A DNA stretch of 63,970 bases, counting the filler, from Dimargaris cristalligena (Eukaryota): NCBI GenBank assembly GCA_003614675.1. It is 6 parts of 6 records of this genome, joined end to end, with 100 filler letters (N's around TTAATTAATTAA, not from the genome) between each part and the next. Parts side by side here need not be neighbours in the genome. Positions count along the whole stretch, not along the records: positions 10,988 to 21,864 come from ML003141.1; positions 21,965 to 32,831 come from ML003142.1; 4 more parts are not named here. One strand, given 5' to 3'. Below the pieces are notes generated by a model. The model saw only the letters and a program-made list of their open reading frames with translations, did not search any database and was not told the origin of the DNA. Each line of letters starts with the position of its first letter. Position 1 is the first letter of the stretch. Shown piece after piece: positions 11,325 through 23,322 of this stretch. A program made the translations under genes and the position numbers.

Positions 11325-13599
11325 TAAAACATCTCTTTTTTCATTCTTCTGAACTGTACCGGCAGTTTTGCCTACAGTTGTCTTAATTATTCTTGAGGTT
11401 TGATTCTACTATCTCTTTGATTATAAGGTATTTACGCCTATTATTATATTAGTCGCTCTGCCACACCACAACAAGAAAATGAGTTGTTATGAAATTACAC
11501 CAAATGCCTCTAAAATCACCAGGTCCTGGCCCTCAAGTTTGTCAATGACGTCAGGTCCCGATGATACACTCAGTCAACTGATGTTTGTACCCGTGATGCC
11601 ATTATTCCTTGGGCCTTGATTAAAACCAACAGACCTCGGCCTCCTCAGGAGGATATCCCTTGAACTCGTTTTTATCAAATAAACACTTGGTTATTATCTT
11701 ACTTACAACTCTGATTTTATACTTAGGCATTTATAACCATTGATATAACTATATTATATTAAGCTCAACCCGAAAATAACATAGCATGGTTGTCATAAGG
11801 ACCTGGGTTCTTCCCAGGGTCTGTTTATTAAATTATATGGTAATTTATTAGTTTGTAGTTGCCAGTGATTTAATTGGCCTTTAGAAATGGATCGACAGTC
11901 CAGATTACGACCTAGACGACCGATTCTATTTAATTGCTGTTGCAGCCATAGTTCAATTAAACCCATGCCTTGACTAAGGTTATGGTTGGTACGGTGAAGG
12001 GCAGGCGTTAGGCTTTAACAGAGATTTTTGGAGGCTTGATCAGAGGGACTCGACGACCTGGATGGGGGGGGGGTATTACCTTGGCAGACGAATGAATGAA
12101 AAATTATGCCTTCACGATTCGGAGTGCTCAGTCGGTAGAGGGAAAGAAGAGAGATGCACAGGGTGCGGCATTTGAATGACCGTTGGTATAGGATTCACAA
12201 TCGCCCCTTTTTTCCTTCGTGAACGCGTTATTTTTTAATAATAGAGGGACCATTGTTTATATTTAATTAAGGGATTCTCAGCGGACTGTGTGTCGATTCT
12301 GATGCCACTCGGTTTGGAAGGTTTACCCTGACTGGAATTAGGGGGAAGGTGTCGACGTGTTAGCCAATCACACCTACTGTTATTGTTTTCGAATAGTTTT
12401 CGGTAAGCTGATGGGCGGAGATTACTCGTTAAACAAAACAAAGTAGTGTTTACAATTGGATTGTTTGGGAAGGGAAGGGGGGGAGAGGTTGGATTGCGAT
12501 TTAATCAGCGCAACAGTCGATGAATGAAGGAAGGGGAAGGGTACAATAACAGCGTAGCCCGCGTTCCGCTCATTGGAAGGAGGAGGGTGGATGGTCCGAA
12601 TGGCACATGAAAGACCCACGGCAGTGTCCCACCTCAATCACCTATGCAGGGTTGATTTTGCCTACTGGGTTTAAAGACTCGGTTAATGCGCCATGGAACC
12701 CGCGTACTCTCTCGGTGTGGATTAGCTCAGCTGCAGAGTACCCGACCGGCCTCATTTTTTCACCGGATGACCACTCCACGTGGTTGACCCTCTAGTCCCG
12801 TGGTTTTTCCCCGACTCCAACCTCCCGGGATTGTACTCGCCACGCATTGTGTAAGTCGTTCTAAGGTGTTTAGGGATAGGCGGCGAGAATTCTCGGATCA
12901 ATTGGGTCATGGAGGGAATAACCAATGAAGAGGGAACGGAAGAGTAAATTATAAAAAAAATAAAGGGCGGTATTTAGACTAGGCCAAGAAGGGTAATCCG
13001 TCGGAATCCAGCTTGACGGGACCGAGGTAGGGCAGTGTGGGACTTTGGCCTCTGAGGACGATCCCTCCTCTCACCCGCGTACTGTTGGGGGTGAAAAAGG
13101 ATCCTGTTGATTGGCATGGCCCATCGTTGGTGGGATTTCACTGTTGCGAGTCCGCCGTGTACACTTACTGTTGTTGGGGTTATACTATCGAATCCGCCAC
13201 AATCAAGCACAGAGAGCGAGCGAGAACGGGTGCCTGAAAAAGAGAGAATAAAGAGAGAAAGAGTTAGAGATGGAAAGCCAGGCCTCGTCGTCACCTTTGC
13301 TCGTCCTACGGTCGACGACGGCGCCCACCATTAGGGGATAGTTCTCTCCCAGGTTGGCCCACGCATACAGACAGACATGTTTGCGCATATAGAGGTGTTG
13401 TCTCCACGCATATAGGCCTCCGATGACCGCTCCACGGCAATCACCACTCAATTGGGGCATACGAGCTGGCCCCGCATCAACCACAGTGGGCTTCGCAGGT
13501 GGTGTGTCACTCTGGCGAAAGGGTCGTTGGTGTCAATCCCCCTACTCCAACTCTCACTCCCTTTCTCTCCTGGTGGGCTGTATGCACGCCACTGGAGTC

Positions 13600-13680
13600 T
13601 CTGTCTCTCTGTATCTCTCTCTCTCTCTCTCTCTCTGTATATGCTCGTGGGGGAGAAAACCCCGTCTCCTTTATAAAGCT
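13600..13680 (+). promoter_or_regulatory. (CT)n tract followed by a TATA-like element, possibly the promoter of the ankyrin gene
   Basis: CT repeats at about 13600-13637 and TATAAA at about 13672, followed by ~1.5 kb of pyrimidine-rich sequence up to the ATG at 15201. Confidence 0.35.
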
Positions 13681-15200
13681 GCCGTATGGTCGCTTTCGGC
13701 CCCCCAGGGTTTCTTTTTCTCGATGAATCGTTCGGTGTTGTATTAATGAATCTACTTCCCTAGGCAAGGTGTTTGGTCGGTCTGTGGGTCCCCGCTTCTC
13801 TTTCAATATTATTATCGTTATCATTATTATTATTCGTCGACATATTCGTTCGATCGGTGTCGTTCCAGCTGCTCCCGTCTTGGCAAGTCTGGCCCCATTG
13901 ATTGGTTGCTCCTGGCAGTTTATTTACCTTTTGACTTGCAAGTCCGTCGCTTGTTATTCGTTCGTTTCCAGTGGCCTGTCCCTCCTTCCCTCCCCACTCC
14001 CAGGTCCCCGTGCGCGTGTGTCGCGCTCTCCCTCTGCTGTTCCACGGCGTCCGCTATTGGTACCACACCACCTCCGCTCCTGCCCCTAAACTTTTTCGCC
14101 CCCCTTTCCCTCCCGCCGTTTTGTAAGACCGTCCGTTACTCGGTTAGTGGCTTCAACCGCTCCCATCCGCTCCCTTCCATTGCCGAACGCGTTCCTATTA
14201 TTCTCTTGCAATTCCAATCCCTACTCCCTCCTACTGGTCTCAAGCAACTCACTACTAAAGTCCACCTCTATAATCCCTTTTGCTTCTCCGCTCACTTGTG
14301 TCGCTCTTATTATATATATATATATATATATATAGCTGGTACGCTCAATCTACCCATCTGATTTGGCCCTGCTCATACTCTTCCCCGTGGCCTCTTGCCT
14401 GCTGGCTGCGCTCCATCTGCGAAGCTGCTGTATTAACCTATTCACGCTTCTTCTGCAACAACCCCCTCCCCCTTCTCTTCTTTGCTCCTCTTTCCCTCCG
14501 TACCGCGTGTGTCCCACCTCACTAGTCAGGGCACTGTTCTCGGATCGTCGTTCCCACTTCGTCATTAACCGCCGTTATTTACCGCCTTGCGCCTCCTCTA
14601 ATACTCCAAGCCTCCTCTCTTTCAGCCGTTTGTCCCTTGTCACGTCTTTCTTTCCTTCGCTCTTATTATTATCCCACTCAGTCCTTCCGAGCTTCGGCTA
14701 CCCTTTCTTTCTTTCATTTAGTCTCGTTTCCCCTGTCCTTGACCCTGCCGCCATTGGTTCCCAGTACCTTTCGCCCCTGGTGAACACCTCTGCACACTTT
14801 TATATTCCCCTTTCCGTTCCCCCACTTGGGCCTTTTGCGCACCTGCTCTTTGTTTTGATTCAGCTGTGGACTTTGTCGTCCAAGTGCTCTGTATCAACGA
14901 CCCTATTCAGTCCAGGTTACACTTCTATTTAGACACCATCCCTCTTCCCTTACGACAGACTGTTCATTCTTTCTACCTTGCTTTACTCGAGCGCTTTAAG
15001 TCCGCTGAATTACTTTATTCGTTTATGCTTTCTGGGTTAACGCCTGGCCAGACCTAACCGCCCCTTTCCGTTATCCTGTGCCCTGTGCATCACCGTCCCC
15101 CACCCCCCAACTGTGCCCGTGGCTTACTGTCGTACCAGTCCTTTCTTCAAACAAACGAACAGTTGGCTAGAAACCTAGACCCCACCGTTCACTCTGTTAT

Positions 15201-18200
15201 ATGCATTCCGCTCCCGCGCCACCATCGCGTTACCCACCTCTCATGGGTGGGTCGGGTGGTTTGGGTATCGGTCGCCGTAAGGCACCTACTGTTGTCCCCG
15301 CCGGGCAGGTTCCCCCACTAAAAATGATGACCACTCAACTCATACAGACCCCCGAAGCCAAGTCGGCCAATAACGCCTACCGCTGTCTATCCCCCACAGT
15401 CGTACCCTTCCCTTCACTTTCGTTGGACGAGGAGGCCCGGCTTCTCTCCGCCCTTCAGTCCAGCTCCCCCAACAGCGAAGTTGCGTCCGCCTTTCCCGCC
15501 GAATTCGTTGCTGACTGTAGTGCCCCCGCGTCTGACGCTGTTGTCCCTAACCCAGCTCTGACCATTGGTCGGAGAGCGCGCGCCTACTCGCTTCCCGTCG
15601 CCCAGGGCCCTCCCACCGTTAATAACGGTGGCCCAGTAAACTCCGTGGGCCCCGTCCAGGCTGGTCCTGCTGCTGCAACTGAACATCCTGAACTTATAAA
15701 CCCTAGTGAGGGAGGTACCGAGTCCATGGGCCCACAGCGACCTGGGGGCCCCGCCCGCGCCCTGCGACGCCGCTCAGTGCTGCATTCATCCGCCCCCAAT
15801 ATTGCCAGTATTTTAACTACTCCCGCCACGGGATTCGTGCCAGGACAGTCTGCGCCGGTGTCAGTAGACCCCCCCGCTTTCCCCCTGGCCCCTGTGGCCA
15901 ACATGGGTCAGAGTGATATAAATACAGTAAACTCGCCCGCCTACTTGCCTGCGGCTACGGCTACCCCAACGCTTACTACTCCTTATTTAGCTAATTGTAA
16001 CACCCCTCCCCATTTAATTACCATTAATTTAAACCGCTCCGTCTCATCCCCCAGTAACGTAATGGCTTCTCCGGAAACTCCGACCCGCCCTTCCCTGTTT
16101 AAGCGAAGCTCGGTATTGAGCCGTCTTAAGCGCAATTCGACCAGTCCTGCCCAGCCGGCCGTGCCTTCGATTCCCCCTCTGGATTATTCCCCGCACCAAT
16201 ACTATTCGTACGGCGAATTTATTGCCAACGATATTCACCCCCGGTTCCAGCGTCAGCAGCTGCGGGAATTACACAATTTAAGTAAGCAGCGCTCTGCCCC
16301 ACCCAGCCCACCCGCGTCAGTCCCCCAAACCCCTTCTACTGCCCAGTTGGTCGGGCGGACATCCCCTCCTCGAGCCGATTCATTGGGCAGACGGGCCAAC
16401 CGGCGCACTTGGCACGCTCCCTCTGCCGAAACGCTTCCAGTTATCGACGAACTTGCTTCCGACGCCGCCGCTGGTTCTAGCCCTTTAATTAATCGAGCCC
16501 GCAGCCTTTCCAATAAAGGGGAGTACTCCCCTCGGTCGACGACCGGCCTCAGCTTCTTGGATGATGTCCCCAGCCGCAAGTCCTCCCTCCCCGTTGGCCC
16601 CACGGCCGGTAAACCCCGTCGAGCTCCCCGTAAAAAGATCCCCTTCGTTGGGGCGTTATCGGCCTACCGTCGCGACGGATCCCGCGCCAAACCGACTTTG
16701 ATTATGACGCTGCACCGGCTCAAGTTGGCTGTCCACGACTGTATTCCCCGTGTAGCCTTGCGCATCATTGATAAGGATCTCCCTGACATTCAGTACGCCG
16801 CTGAACTATATCCCGAGAGTATTAAATGGATATTCCTGCGGGCCTTAGCCAATCGACTCGAATCCGTAGCCCTAGCCCTTTTTCAACGTGGATACCCAGG
16901 CGATGTGAACGAGTCCATTTCACTGCGGGCCCCGGTTGCTTTCCCCCACGAAAGCCAGGAGTTCTCGTCTGACCCGAGTAGCGGTAGCTTTTCCTTCGCG
17001 TCGCTGACTGGTGCCGATAAGCGCCGGCGCTCGAGCTCCTTACGGCGATCCTACGGCCCTGATAGCGGAATCTCAACTCCATCAGGTCTCCGCCATACCC
17101 TTCTTCCCTCGTTTTTCATGGTTGCTGTTGCATTTCGCATGGCTGCACTTGTTCAGGCGATGGTGCCAAAGGCCAATCCCGACTGCATTTGGCTCGGCGT
17201 GTCTTGTCTTCAGTTACTTTGCCTCAATCGCAAAGCCCTCCCCGTTCCCGCCGAAGGGTTTAGTAATTCCACCCTGCCGCAGGTAACCCAGCTGCGGACA
17301 TTGACTGGCGAATATTCGGCCGAACAGAGGCCAATCTTGGTCCTGCGTCACCTTCTCCTCCACATGGCTACGAAGACCAGTCGTACTATGGGCCAGGGTC
17401 AGTTGAAGGCACTGTGTCGCATCCATGCCGCATCAGGTAACTCCACCGTCCCATCGAATTTGGCCTTGGAGCCGCCATCCTTGAACTCGCCGAACCGACA
17501 AACCGTAGTTGACATTGATGATGCCATTTCCACCACTTCTAATTACACTGTCAATGAACCCGACGAGGAGATGGGGCGTATTCGATCTTCGCTGTCGACT
17601 GTCAGCCTGGATTCTGATGCCACCGTGTCTACGTCCTGTTCGATTATCTCCGAGTCTATGGTGGCCTCGGGCGGAGTAAGTCAGTCCCTCGCCCATTGTG
17701 AAGACACGGGATTTACCTGTGGCCATGGTATTCATGAACCGGGTATATGCGTAGAGCCCCACCCCTTCCGGGGTCCGTCGGGCCCTGAGATTCACCGCCG
17801 TCCCTCACAATTGCCCTCGAGTGACCGAAGTAGCCGAATTACTTTCCAAGTCAGTGCCAGCACCTGTTCCAGTAGTAGCAGTAGCGCTACCATTTGTCTG
17901 GAGAGTTTCACCAAACAGCGGCATCTAACATCGGTCGGAAACGGTAATCATACCTCGAATTCCCTCTATGACCATCAGCTACTTAATTTGCAAGACCTGG
18001 CTGAGAAGCTGACCTCTGACCGGACCGCCTGTTTGCTCTTTGAATCCGCACCATTTGTCCCTGATGACGGACCGTCGTTAGCAACCGGCCATCCCAGTGG
18101 TCCTCAGGCATTCCGTACTCAGTACTCGGGAATGCCCATGGTCTCTGGTGGGTCTATATCTCCTTCGGTCATGGAATCCTATTCTCTCTTGGACTTGGCT

Positions 18201-19535
18201 GTTATTCCACTTGGTTCGGCCTGTCCCGGGAGTTCATCGATAGATACCATTTTTGTGCAAACACTTGCGGAGGCCCTGGATGACCCTGTCCTGAATGAAA
18301 GTTTTCAATGCCTGACTCTACAGCAGGACCTCGATCTCAGTTTGCAGTTGGTTAAGCGCGGAGTCAGCCCCCAGCGCCAGCGAGATCGGCAGGGTAATTC
18401 CCCGTTACACTTGGCGGCCCGGGCTGGCCACCTTGACCTTGTCGTATTTTACCTCTGGCTCGGACTCGATCCCAACAAGGCTGGCCAAAACCTATGGACG
18501 CCGCTTCACGAAGCCATGAGCTGGGGCCATCACAATGTGACTCGTCAACTCATTACTCATGGGGCCCTGCTTTCAGCTGCAAATGTCCACGGTCATACGC
18601 CCCTGCAGCTGGCCTTGCTTTTTGGACATAGCGTGGCTGATATTGAATCCATGATGGATATTCACCACTTGACCAAATCTGATGTGGCCAATATCCATTC
18701 TATTTTCGACCACGTTTCAACCACTCTTGGCCTCCCTAACCCCCTTATTGTACCCAACAAAACCCCCATCCACTCCACTAAGCTGCTTTCAGCCGAGAAT
18801 GGTTTATGCGAGTCGACCGGCGCCCCATACAGTTGTCCTAGTCGGCCTGAACGTAACCAGCGCCTTGGAGGCAAGGCTTTCCCGAGTGACCATTACGGAG
18901 GGACAACCGAGTCCCCGTACCCCAAAACCAGTAGCCGCTGGTCAATGTCTGAGCTGGGGTCTAGCAAGGCTCACTTGGCTGAGATGTATGCTCAGATTGT
19001 CACCCGGTCTGAACGCGACCCCCGTCACCACCAACCTTCGTTGGTCAGCCTGCATGAATTTTTAGCCGGTAGTATTAATCTTGAAGCAGCGAGCCCAACT
19101 ATTTCTTCCAAATGGGACGATTTGAACCCGAGCGATGTCCCATCCCCGCGCTCATCCTCGTTCGATTTATCGCCCAGTCAACACCAGTTGCCCCTCACGC
19201 CTACCTCCCCCTCCTCCCGACGCTCGGCCGACGCCACTTGGGGACATGCCTCGTCCAGTTTGTCCACTGGCTTACCCTTCTCGACCGAACGGATAGAGAC
19301 ACTAGCTGCCCAATTGACTGTCCTGGCCCGTCGTTCTACGTCCAATCCGCTCACTGCCAATGGTTGCCCCAGTGATACCACTAGTAGTATCCCGAGTGAA
19401 GATGGTTTACTGGATTCCCCTGAGGCCAGTGATGTGATGGCTAAGGCTAATTTGGAATCACCCTCTTCTAAACTAAAGAAATTCAAACGCTGGTCGAGCG
19501 TGGAGTTGAAACGGTCGTTGTTCTCCTTCCTTTAG
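15201..19535 (+). CDS. Intronless 1444-aa Ser/Pro-rich protein with about three ankyrin repeats
   Basis: 4.3-kb ORF with ankyrin consensus motifs GNSPLHLAARAGHLDLV, WTPLHEAMSWGHHNVTRQLITHGA and GHTPLQLA; the rest is largely low-complexity. Confidence 0.88.
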   Translation: MHSAPAPPSRYPPLMGGSGGLGIGRRKAPTVVPAGQVPPLKMMTTQLIQTPEAKSANNAYRCLSPTVVPFPSLSLDEEARLLSALQSSSPNSEVASAFPAEFVADCSAPASDAVVPNPALTIGRRARAYSLPVAQGPPTVNNGGPVNSVGPVQAGPAAATEHPELINPSEGGTESMGPQRPGGPARALRRRSVLHSSAPNIASILTTPATGFVPGQSAPVSVDPPAFPLAPVANMGQSDINTVNSPAYLPAATATPTLTTPYLANCNTPPHLITINLNRSVSSPSNVMASPETPTRPSLFKRSSVLSRLKRNSTSPAQPAVPSIPPLDYSPHQYYSYGEFIANDIHPRFQRQQLRELHNLSKQRSAPPSPPASVPQTPSTAQLVGRTSPPRADSLGRRANRRTWHAPSAETLPVIDELASDAAAGSSPLINRARSLSNKGEYSPRSTTGLSFLDDVPSRKSSLPVGPTAGKPRRAPRKKIPFVGALSAYRRDGSRAKPTLIMTLHRLKLAVHDCIPRVALRIIDKDLPDIQYAAELYPESIKWIFLRALANRLESVALALFQRGYPGDVNESISLRAPVAFPHESQEFSSDPSSGSFSFASLTGADKRRRSSSLRRSYGPDSGISTPSGLRHTLLPSFFMVAVAFRMAALVQAMVPKANPDCIWLGVSCLQLLCLNRKALPVPAEGFSNSTLPQVTQLRTLTGEYSAEQRPILVLRHLLLHMATKTSRTMGQGQLKALCRIHAASGNSTVPSNLALEPPSLNSPNRQTVVDIDDAISTTSNYTVNEPDEEMGRIRSSLSTVSLDSDATVSTSCSIISESMVASGGVSQSLAHCEDTGFTCGHGIHEPGICVEPHPFRGPSGPEIHRRPSQLPSSDRSSRITFQVSASTCSSSSSSATICLESFTKQRHLTSVGNGNHTSNSLYDHQLLNLQDLAEKLTSDRTACLLFESAPFVPDDGPSLATGHPSGPQAFRTQYSGMPMVSGGSISPSVMESYSLLDLAVIPLGSACPGSSSIDTIFVQTLAEALDDPVLNESFQCLTLQQDLDLSLQLVKRGVSPQRQRDRQGNSPLHLAARAGHLDLVVFYLWLGLDPNKAGQNLWTPLHEAMSWGHHNVTRQLITHGALLSAANVHGHTPLQLALLFGHSVADIESMMDIHHLTKSDVANIHSIFDHVSTTLGLPNPLIVPNKTPIHSTKLLSAENGLCESTGAPYSCPSRPERNQRLGGKAFPSDHYGGTTESPYPKTSSRWSMSELGSSKAHLAEMYAQIVTRSERDPRHHQPSLVSLHEFLAGSINLEAASPTISSKWDDLNPSDVPSPRSSSFDLSPSQHQLPLTPTSPSSRRSADATWGHASSSLSTGLPFSTERIETLAAQLTVLARRSTSNPLTANGCPSDTTSSIPSEDGLLDSPEASDVMAKANLESPSSKLKKFKRWSSVELKRSLFSFL

Positions 19536-20745
19536 TTTCTATTTGCGGGTTTATCGTCTACCGCATTTCTCTTCGCTTGCTAGCAGTATTTTTTCAACCC
19601 ACGCCTTTGCTTCTAACTTTACCCGGCATTTTTGCTATTTAATCTTGTTACCGTAATTCATTTACATCCTATTTCAACCCCTCTCCTTCAATACTCAAGA
19701 GTCCATGCTTCCTTCATGTACCACTCTGTCCGGCTGCCCTTTACTTTTATTGGAACCAGGTGGACGTCCATCCCACCCATTGTATTATCTCAACTCGACC
19801 CCATACATACTTCTATACATATACATAATTTTATTGCCTTTATTTTTTATTATTATTACTCGACCCTATGGATCAATTATACTGCTATTGTCTCCACAGT
19901 GGCGCTTATGCTACCCATTTCTTGCTAATTTCATAACACTATTTCCACCATTTTGTGCTCCCTTTATCCACATCAAATTATTGTCTTTTTATCTTAATGA
20001 TTTTTGCCTAAATTAATACTTGCTATATTCCCTCAATTCTTTATCACAGTCTTGTGATGGCCACCTTTCAGTATGCTCATTACCATGTTAAATACGTAGT
20101 TGTTAACACTCGTTATTGCTTATTTTTATTTCGGTATGTATTGGATTTTGCTACTTGAAAATATTATTCGTCGAAGTAGAGGATCAGTAGTTTCAAACCA
20201 TCCACTACGTTATTATTGCTCCTGGATATGTGAAATAAATATACGCTAAGTTATATGGTTATATGTTTGCTGGCATTGCATTTACTTGGTTTTTGATATT
20301 AAGGGGAGTGTTTTTAAATTTATGATTGCATTGGGGTTTATTTGATCAGTTGTATACAGTTAATTTTCTAATTCTGAGGCGTAAGCTCTTTAGCTACATT
20401 GAAAGTAGGGTAGTCTTTTAAATAATAGCTCCGGTCAATAGGGCCAGCGAATGTAGACCTTACGATTTCCTCCTACTTTTCAGATCTTACACGAATCCAA
20501 TCGGAACTTATCAAGTGCGTCAATGGCCACATCTAAAAGGTCGAGTCCATTAATATAATTATAAGCGATAAATTCGGATTTCCGGGCTTCTATTACTAGC
20601 CAGTCTAGGTACTATAATCCCTATAGATCAAAGGGTGAATAATTGGATACATAAATCACACACCAAAGGAGAAGTTAGATATAAAATAAATATACTAGAT
20701 TATCCATTTATATTGACCAGTCTCTACTAATTAATATTTACCATA

Positions 20746-21304
20746 TGTCACCCCTCCTAATCTGACCTAATCCGTCCGCAAATGATTACCATCATAGCAG
20801 ACTGTATAGCACCATATTGTACCCCTGGTCCAAATGGGGCCGGACATCATATATATCCTCTCACTGGCTGGACCCCCCAGAGTTCACACTACTCACTCCT
20901 AGGTGATCTTAGTGTCTTCCAGTTCCCATGGAAGCCTCTGCTTGTACGAGGACTACCCGGCCCCCCTATCATTATTGTAGTTATGTAGTTCCCCTCGGGA
21001 CCTCCCTTGGAGTAGTCCCCTGCATATATATAACCGGGCCCCCCATGGGGACTGGTTAATACCTTAGCTTATTCTGACCCCTTAGTTTACCTTCAATAAA
21101 CCCTATACATGCTCACCCCCCATACTGACTAGTAAGTGTGCATCGGTGCACATCCCCCACATATGTAGTGACACTTGCCTTATTCAGTTAGTATCAGCCC
21201 CACCTAATGCTAGTAGCCCGCTTGGCCGTGCCAATGCCCCGCCTACCATTAGAAGCCTATCCCCGAGACTCTTGACAGACTAAGAGTGGTTAACCTGGGC
21301 AACA
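20746..21304 (+). mobile_element. Best-preserved LTR (559 bp, TGT...ACA)
   Basis: TGTCACCCC...GGGCAACA termini, internal TATATAA at about 21027 and AATAAA at about 21095. No clear target-site duplication. Confidence 0.9.
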
Positions 21305-21864
21305 AATCAAAGCCACCATCCATAATTAGGTGATTAGTAAAAAAATTGGTACTATTAGCCTAAGTTTTCCCTTTTATAAGTTATTATTATACAACAATTA
21401 AATATTTATATCTGATTAGATTATTATCCCAAGTATTACATTTATACCCTTGCTGTACTCTGTTAATGAATACTAGTTATTCCTTTAGCTTATTATAAGT
21501 TTGTTTATACCATTTATATCCTTGTTTTTGTTATACCGATGGGTATAACCCTTTTATTATCTTTACCACTAGTCTGATTTAGTCTTTTAGTCCTTTAGCA
21601 TTTGTTGATTTATATTCCCAAGTTTTAATATAAATACTTAATAGAATATCCTATCAATAAAACACAACTTTTTAGTTGAGGCTAAAGATATCACATAGTT
21701 AAGCATTTCTGTGGAAGTTTGATTATATCTTAGTTATTTTTGGGTACCTATAGTGAACTTACCACATTTTTTACCTACTTTTATTTTTATCTATTTTTCG
21801 CACTTATCAGAAGTACGCCCCTGACGAGTGAATGAGCCCCTGCCCCTGCCCCTGATGAGTATGG

Positions 21865-21964
21865 NNNNNNNNNNNNNNNNNNNNNNNNNNNNNNNNNNNN
21901 NNNNNNNNTTAATTAATTAANNNNNNNNNNNNNNNNNNNNNNNNNNNNNNNNNNNNNNNNNNNN
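21865..21964. other. Artificial contig-joining spacer
   Basis: N44-TTAATTAATTAA-N44. Confidence 0.97.
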
Positions 21965-22721
21965 AGGTATAGGCATCGATGAACACCCGTTGGTCCTTGG
22001 CAAAATCGTAGATACTAAAGGCCACCTCGAAATTACGTTCCGCCTCCAGCCGCTGCTGCTGGAGCTCGCGGACCTCCGGGGCCATGCGGGTCTTGCGGGA
22101 CAGGTTTTGCAACTCTTCAGCGATGCGCTGGTCCCGTTGGCATAAGGCCCGGATAATGTCGGTGTGGGTAAAGAGGGACTGGGTGAACCCTTTGTCCTGG
22201 GCCTCATTGTAGACGTTGATGATCCGGGTCACTAAATCGCCGGGCTGGCGTAGCTGGCAGAGGCCACTCAGTAGAATGGCGTAGGAGTGCCCATTGAAAG
22301 GTATCCCCTCCCGCTTGGCCTTCTGGTAATGGTACCACATTTCGTCGGGCTTACCCGCGTCTTTGGCTTGGAGTAACTTCTCATTGTATCGGACGACCGC
22401 CGGTATTCGGATTTCCTCGGAGGTCGGTTGTGGTAGTGAGGTGGTCGTCTCGGTACTTAAGCTACGGTGAAAACTACGAATGCCCGTGGAGCTCCAGAGT
22501 TTAGGCTGTGGACGCAATAGTGGACATGACGCAACCGGCTCGAATGGTGTTAATAGGTGAGCGACTTCCGAGTAGCCACTCGAGGGTAGGCCAATAGGGT
22601 GGGTCGTGCCCGAACATGACCGATTCTGGGCAAGGTGAACCAAATTGGTCCTGAATAGTCTAGGGGTCTGCGGCTTCCAGTGAGCTACACCAAAGGCGGC
22701 CCGGGAGAAGGGTAATGTCAT
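21965..22721 (-). CDS. Mitochondrial pentatricopeptide-repeat (PPR) protein, 5' part only
   Basis: Arg/Ser-rich presequence-like N-terminus, then PPR-like helices (YNEKLLQAKDAGKPDEMWYHYQKAKREGIPFNGHSYAILLSGL; VYNEAQDKGFTQSLFTHTDIIRALC). The ORF runs off the contig end. Confidence 0.82.
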
Positions 22722-23322
22722 AATGCTATAAAATAGGGATCAGCAGAGGGCAATGTTATAAGTAAAGTATTCAAAGGACGTGTGGTCCGAATAAGGGATT
22801 CCAGTTCTGTAAATTATAAAATGGCAGTTAGATTCAAGTGTTAAAAGCTTCAGCTACTAAATGTTGCTGCGGGGAAAATAGCGTCATGCCAATGGGCCCT
22901 CTTGGTGTGGGGCGAGTCTTAGTCCTGCCCATACTCATACACTAAGTTGACTAACCAATACCCAAAGTAATTATATACTGAAATTGCAATCATACAGCCA
23001 GTCAACAACATTTTTCTTATGCCTCCACTTAATTCAAAATCATAGGCCGTCGATTGTAATGATCAGATCCGTATAGTCAGGAATAAACCAAACTTCGATT
23101 AAGATAACATCTACTTTAAAAGGAAAAGGGCAAACTATATTACATCCGATCATAAAGAATTAGTATTGGCTTATGGTTGTGAAATATGTTTTATTATAAA
23201 GACGGGGTTGCCTCTGCAGAATGCTTTATGAACAATTGGAAAGAAATTAAATATCTAGGATATATATGTATAGTATAGAAAAAAGAAGAGCTACACCGTA
23301 TGTACTGACGGAATCACTGAAG

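Noticed and set aside
12200-15100. Many 60-190 aa ORFs upstream of the ankyrin gene
   Set aside because: They are low-complexity translations of CT- and TA-rich non-coding DNA, mostly with non-ATG starts.
10988-21304. Ankyrin gene captured between two LTRs as one retrotransposon
   Set aside because: The LTRs are in opposite orientation and diverged, and there is no gag or pol between them.
21815-21864. CTGACGAG/CTGATGAG as a hammerhead ribozyme core
   Set aside because: No accompanying GAAA or stems are visible before the contig ends; it is only a short GCCCCT repeat.
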